Positions 33,314 to 39,089 of a DNA stretch of 39,089 nt are shown piece by piece; position 1 is the stretch's first letter, and each line of letters begins with the position of its first letter. The notes under the pieces were generated by a model. That model had not been told where the DNA came from and made no database searches. It worked only from the letters and a program-made list of their open reading frames with translations. The position numbers and the translations under genes were made by a program. This DNA comes from Pseudomonadota bacterium (GTDB lineage Bacteria; Myxococcota_A; UBA796; SXON01): NCBI GenBank assembly GCA_043750895.1, contig JAYVAS010000194.1, forward strand, positions 1 through 39,089, written 5' to 3'.

Positions 33314-35542
33314 ATGGTAGCTTCCAGCGTGCTCCTGGTTTCCGTCGCCCTCGCGCTCCCTCCGGCGGTGTGTCCGCCCGGCCTGTACCCGGCCCAAGAC
33401 GGGCGATGCAGCGGGACGGAGACCCCCTGGCGCGTCGACGAGATGGGCGCCGGACACTTCTTCGTCCTTCCCGGCGGCGCGGTGGCCATCGTCGACGCCG
33501 GGGTGCGACGCGGGGAGGTCTACGTTCCCGCCCAGACCCACCGGATCGACCCCGCGGACGGCACGGTGCGACGCCTCTCGGCGCCGTTCTCCGAGAGCTG
33601 GGCGGACCAGGTCCTCCAGTTGCCCGACGGTCGGGTGGTGGCGCTGCGCGGCGCCGCTCCGGACGGGATGGGCGCGGTCGGCGTGCGGTGGCTGGAGGAC
33701 GACCGTTGGCGGGAGGGCCCGGAAGCGCCGCCCCAGTCCCTGGTCGGGGCCGCCCGCCTCGTCGAGGCCGACAGCGACGTCCTGTTCGTCGGGGGGGGAG
33801 GTCCCGGCACCAGCACGAAGAAGACGGCCTGGCGGTGGTCACCCGCCACCGACCGCTGGGCCCGCCTCCCCGCCCTGCCGGTGGGCCGCGGCTGGGCGAG
33901 GCTGACGCCGGGACCGAAAGGCCCCGTCGTGTGCGGCGGCGTGGCCACGGTGGAACGAGACGCCCAGGTGGTGCCCGGGTGCTTGACCCTGGGTCGGGGT
34001 GGGTGGACCGCGTACCCGTCCCCCGTCATGCTCGGGCCCGACGCCGACGCGGTGGCCGTGGGCGGTGGCGTGGTGGTGTTCGACCATGGCACCACCGAGC
34101 AGGCGTGGTGGGTGCCTGCCAACGGAACGGTCACCGCCCTCCCTGCGCCCCCGGCCGTACAGCGTTGGATCGCGGGCGCCGGCCCCCGACTGACCGGCCT
34201 GGACGAGGACGGATCGCTGTGCTGGCTCGACCCCCAGACGGGCGCGGTCGAGCGCCGGCCGGCCCCCGGCGAAGCCCTCGGCTGGACCGGCGCGGCCATC
34301 GCGCTCGACGAAGAACGGGCGCTCTACGTCGGCGCGCTCGCCGGTCAGGGGTTCGGGGCGGGGGTGGTCGACCGGGGGCACCCGATGGTGGCGGCCCAGG
34401 AAAGCGACATGTTCACCAGCGCCGGGGCGAGCGTCCGCGGCGTGGCGCGGCTGGACGACGGGCAGGTGTCGACGTGGGACCGGGCGCGTCGCCAGTTCAG
34501 GGATCTCCCCGCAATGCCCGAGGAACGGTCCGCAGCGGCGATCGTGCCCCTCGCCGATGGGCGGGTGTTGGTGGCCGGGGGTCGCGCCGGGGACGACGCG
34601 GTGTTGACGGCCTGGACCGGCGACGCCGCGGGGTGGACACCCCTCGCGCCGCTCTCGGTGCCCCTCACCGACGCCACCGGGGTCCTGCTCGCCGACGGCA
34701 CCGTGGTGATCGCGGGCGCCCGTGATCGTTCGGCGGGCGCGTCCCTCCGCTGGGACCCGCGCACGGGCGACTGGACGCCCCTGCCCCTCCCCGACCCGGC
34801 GCCGGGGCGCCTCCTCCCGCTCGCGGGTGGGGCGGCGTGGGTCCGAGATCAGGTCTACGATCAGCCCCGGGTCTCGGTCGCGGTGCTCGTGGACGGCGCC
34901 TGGCGGGCCGTCGATCCCGTCCCGGGCGTCACCACCGGGGTGGCGGTCGCCGGACTCGCCGACGGATCGCTCGTCGCCGCCGGTGGCCGCACCGACAACG
35001 ACTACGGCGGCGTCGCCGCGGCCTGGCGCCTCGCGCCCGGGGCCACGGCCTGGACACCCCTTCACGCGCTCACCCGGGAGCGCTGGGGCGGGTCCCTGGT
35101 GGAGCTCTCCCCGGGTCACCTGCTGCTCGTCGGCGGCGAGGCCCCGGCCGAGCTGTACGACGGGACGTCCTGGGTCCAGGCCGCTCCTCTCCAGATCGAG
35201 CGTCGGGACCCGCACCTCTACGCCCTCGACCCCACCACCGCCCTGGTGCTCGGCGGCTACACCGGGGAGGACGGTCCGGACTGGGAGTTCTACCGGGTGG
35301 TCGGCGCCGCCACCGCCTTCCCGTCCCCCGCGCTCCCCGATGCGCGCTTGGCGGGACACCCCGACGCCGTCGGGATCGGCCATCGCCTCGTCGCCGCCGA
35401 CGTCGCGTGCTCCGCCGGCGACCGGGACGGCTGCCTCGCCGCCGCCCTTCTGTGGGAAGCGCCGCCGCTCTCCGACCCCGCGAAAGCCGCCGAACGACGG
35501 GCGCGCGCGTGCGCGCTCGGCGCCCGGGAAGACTGCGAGTGA
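33314..35542 (+). CDS. Kelch-type beta-propeller repeat protein, secreted
   Basis: Signal peptide MVASSVLLVSVALALPPAV. Recurrent Kelch-like blades are LPDGRVVALRG, LADGRVLVAGG, LADGTVVIAGA, LADGSLVAAGG, LSPGHLLLVGG and TTALVLGG. The C-terminal Cys-rich tail is VACSAGDRDGCLAAALL...ACALGAREDCE. Confidence 0.85.
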   Translation: MVASSVLLVSVALALPPAVCPPGLYPAQDGRCSGTETPWRVDEMGAGHFFVLPGGAVAIVDAGVRRGEVYVPAQTHRIDPADGTVRRLSAPFSESWADQVLQLPDGRVVALRGAAPDGMGAVGVRWLEDDRWREGPEAPPQSLVGAARLVEADSDVLFVGGGGPGTSTKKTAWRWSPATDRWARLPALPVGRGWARLTPGPKGPVVCGGVATVERDAQVVPGCLTLGRGGWTAYPSPVMLGPDADAVAVGGGVVVFDHGTTEQAWWVPANGTVTALPAPPAVQRWIAGAGPRLTGLDEDGSLCWLDPQTGAVERRPAPGEALGWTGAAIALDEERALYVGALAGQGFGAGVVDRGHPMVAAQESDMFTSAGASVRGVARLDDGQVSTWDRARRQFRDLPAMPEERSAAAIVPLADGRVLVAGGRAGDDAVLTAWTGDAAGWTPLAPLSVPLTDATGVLLADGTVVIAGARDRSAGASLRWDPRTGDWTPLPLPDPAPGRLLPLAGGAAWVRDQVYDQPRVSVAVLVDGAWRAVDPVPGVTTGVAVAGLADGSLVAAGGRTDNDYGGVAAAWRLAPGATAWTPLHALTRERWGGSLVELSPGHLLLVGGEAPAELYDGTSWVQAAPLQIERRDPHLYALDPTTALVLGGYTGEDGPDWEFYRVVGAATAFPSPALPDARLAGHPDAVGIGHRLVAADVACSAGDRDGCLAAALLWEAPPLSDPAKAAERRARACALGAREDCE

Positions 35543-35616
35543 GCCGCACGGAGGGGGACCGCCTCGTACCGGTCGCCCGCGTGGCCGCCGCGACCCGCGC
35601 CGGGTACACCGCACGC

Positions 35617-36798
35617 ATGTGGATCTGGCTCGTCGGCTGTGGATCGTGGATCACCGCGGCGGAGCAGGACGCGAAGCTCGCCGAGCTCGGCTTCGTGGAT
35701 GTCGACGGCGACGGTCGGCCCGACGTCACCACCACCGAAGACGGGGGCACCACCGGCGGCGGGGACGGCGGTCCCGTCGACTGGGATGACGCGGACATCG
35801 TGGTCGAGAAGATCGAGGAGGGGCTCCAGTCGAAGGGCGGCGGGATGAACGTCGACGTGTACCGCGACGTGCAGGGAACGCTCTCCCGGATGGTGTACTG
35901 CGAGGCCCCCGGGCCCGAGGGGGAAGGCGAGGTCAACCGCATCGACGACCCCGAGATCCCCTACGCCTACGATCAGACGGAGCCCTACGAGACCCCCGTG
36001 CGCGGTGGCACCTACCCCAACGGCTGCCCGGCGCTGCTGCCCTGGTCCCCCGACTACCGGGTGGACAGCGGGGAGGTCTGGTACAACCTGGGGATGGTCA
36101 CGTCCGAGGTCTTCGACTGCTGGGCCATCGAGAAGTACGGCACCGACCGCGACCGCGGCACGCTCCGGCTGCGCGTCGTCCTCTCCTCGCGCGACGTCGC
36201 CGAGGGGGACCTCCGCTCGCTCAACTACGACTCGGCGATGCAGAAGGTGGACGAGACCTTCGCGGCGGTGGGGATCACCCTCGAGAGGAGCCTCGAGACC
36301 ATCGACGACGGCTGCGCCAACGGCACCCTGTCCAGCTACGACGCCGCCGCCGCGATGACCACCTGCGCGGTGAACGTGGGCGAGCGGGAGCTGACCCTGT
36401 TCCTCGTCGACGACCTGGACGAGACCATCACCGAGCCGGGCGAGCATGCCGGCTTCGGTCTCGCCCCCGGGGTCCCGTTCCTCGGGGACGGCGCGATGGG
36501 GGCCGCCTTCGTGCCGCTCACCGCGCTCCAGACGGAAGGGGACGTCGGCTTCGCGGGCGACGTCGCCCACGCGATGGGTCACTTCCTGGGCCTTTGGGAG
36601 CTCTGGGAGTACGCCGAGAACCGGGGGGACCCGCTCTCCGACACGCCCGACTGCACGGCTTCGGTCCAGGACGACTACACCGCCTGCCCCACCAGCACCC
36701 ACGGCAACGTCATGTTCCCCGACCCCACCCCCGGAAGCGGGATGTCCTTCACCGAAGACCAGGGCTGGGTGATGCGGCGGGCGGCGTTGGTGCGGTGA
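35617..36798 (+). CDS. lipoprotein, peptidase M43 (pappalysin/ulilysin)-like with degenerate zinc motif
   Basis: MWIWLVGC lipobox. HAMGHFLGLWE stands in place of HExxHxxGxxH. Downstream, DPLSDTPDC...C...HGNVMFP...FTEDQGWVMRR matches the M43 layout (DTP, Cys pairs, Met-turn, FT.xQ..RM). Confidence 0.78.
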   Translation: MWIWLVGCGSWITAAEQDAKLAELGFVDVDGDGRPDVTTTEDGGTTGGGDGGPVDWDDADIVVEKIEEGLQSKGGGMNVDVYRDVQGTLSRMVYCEAPGPEGEGEVNRIDDPEIPYAYDQTEPYETPVRGGTYPNGCPALLPWSPDYRVDSGEVWYNLGMVTSEVFDCWAIEKYGTDRDRGTLRLRVVLSSRDVAEGDLRSLNYDSAMQKVDETFAAVGITLERSLETIDDGCANGTLSSYDAAAAMTTCAVNVGERELTLFLVDDLDETITEPGEHAGFGLAPGVPFLGDGAMGAAFVPLTALQTEGDVGFAGDVAHAMGHFLGLWELWEYAENRGDPLSDTPDCTASVQDDYTACPTSTHGNVMFPDPTPGSGMSFTEDQGWVMRRAALVR

Positions 36799-36813
36799 TG
36801 GACCGGTTAGACC

Positions 36814-39085
<2,272 letters not shown>

Positions 39086-39089
39086 GGCG

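Overview
This is a high-GC bacterial chromosomal segment, about 70% by eye, with very strong G/C at third codon positions. The gene content suggests a Myxococcota-like deltaproteobacterium, though that is inference. It includes many lipobox lipoproteins with acidic Asp-Thr linkers, a Gly-Cys/TM/basic C-terminal tail, FG-GAP, Kelch and choice-of-anchor-D type surface proteins, and an orphan pilT. I call 36 protein-coding regions, two tandem tRNA-Ser genes, and an SRP (4.5S) RNA that an ORF track cannot show. I also call a TPP riboswitch in front of thiC, one clear bidirectional terminator hairpin and a few repeats. The backbone is housekeeping: metG, mdh, tadA-tRNASer-tRNASer-ffs-dnaX-ybaB-recR, thiS, pilT and thiC. 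Lineage-specific secreted and lipoprotein genes sit between them and are densest at 24.9-36.8 kb. I see no rRNA, CRISPR, transposase, integrase or recognisable defence or toxin module. Most long track ORFs lying antisense or out of frame to the called genes are Arg/Pro/Gly-rich shadows typical of high-GC DNA. Six things deserve a second look. (1) dnaX is broken exactly at the gamma/tau boundary, in a prfB-like +1 context. (2) A membrane protein, an ABCB exporter and a small acidic anchored peptide form a tight operon. (3) An identical 16-mer occurs in two divergent promoter regions. (4) Three proteins look like pseudoenzymes: a Cys-less AsnB-like protein, an HAxxH M43-like protein, and an alpha/beta hydrolase lacking Ser and His. 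(5) A lower-GC translationally coupled gene pair sits at the left edge. (6) An unknown gene is coupled to thiC behind the riboswitch. I do not see one compelling self-contained novel system, so the candidates are scored accordingly.
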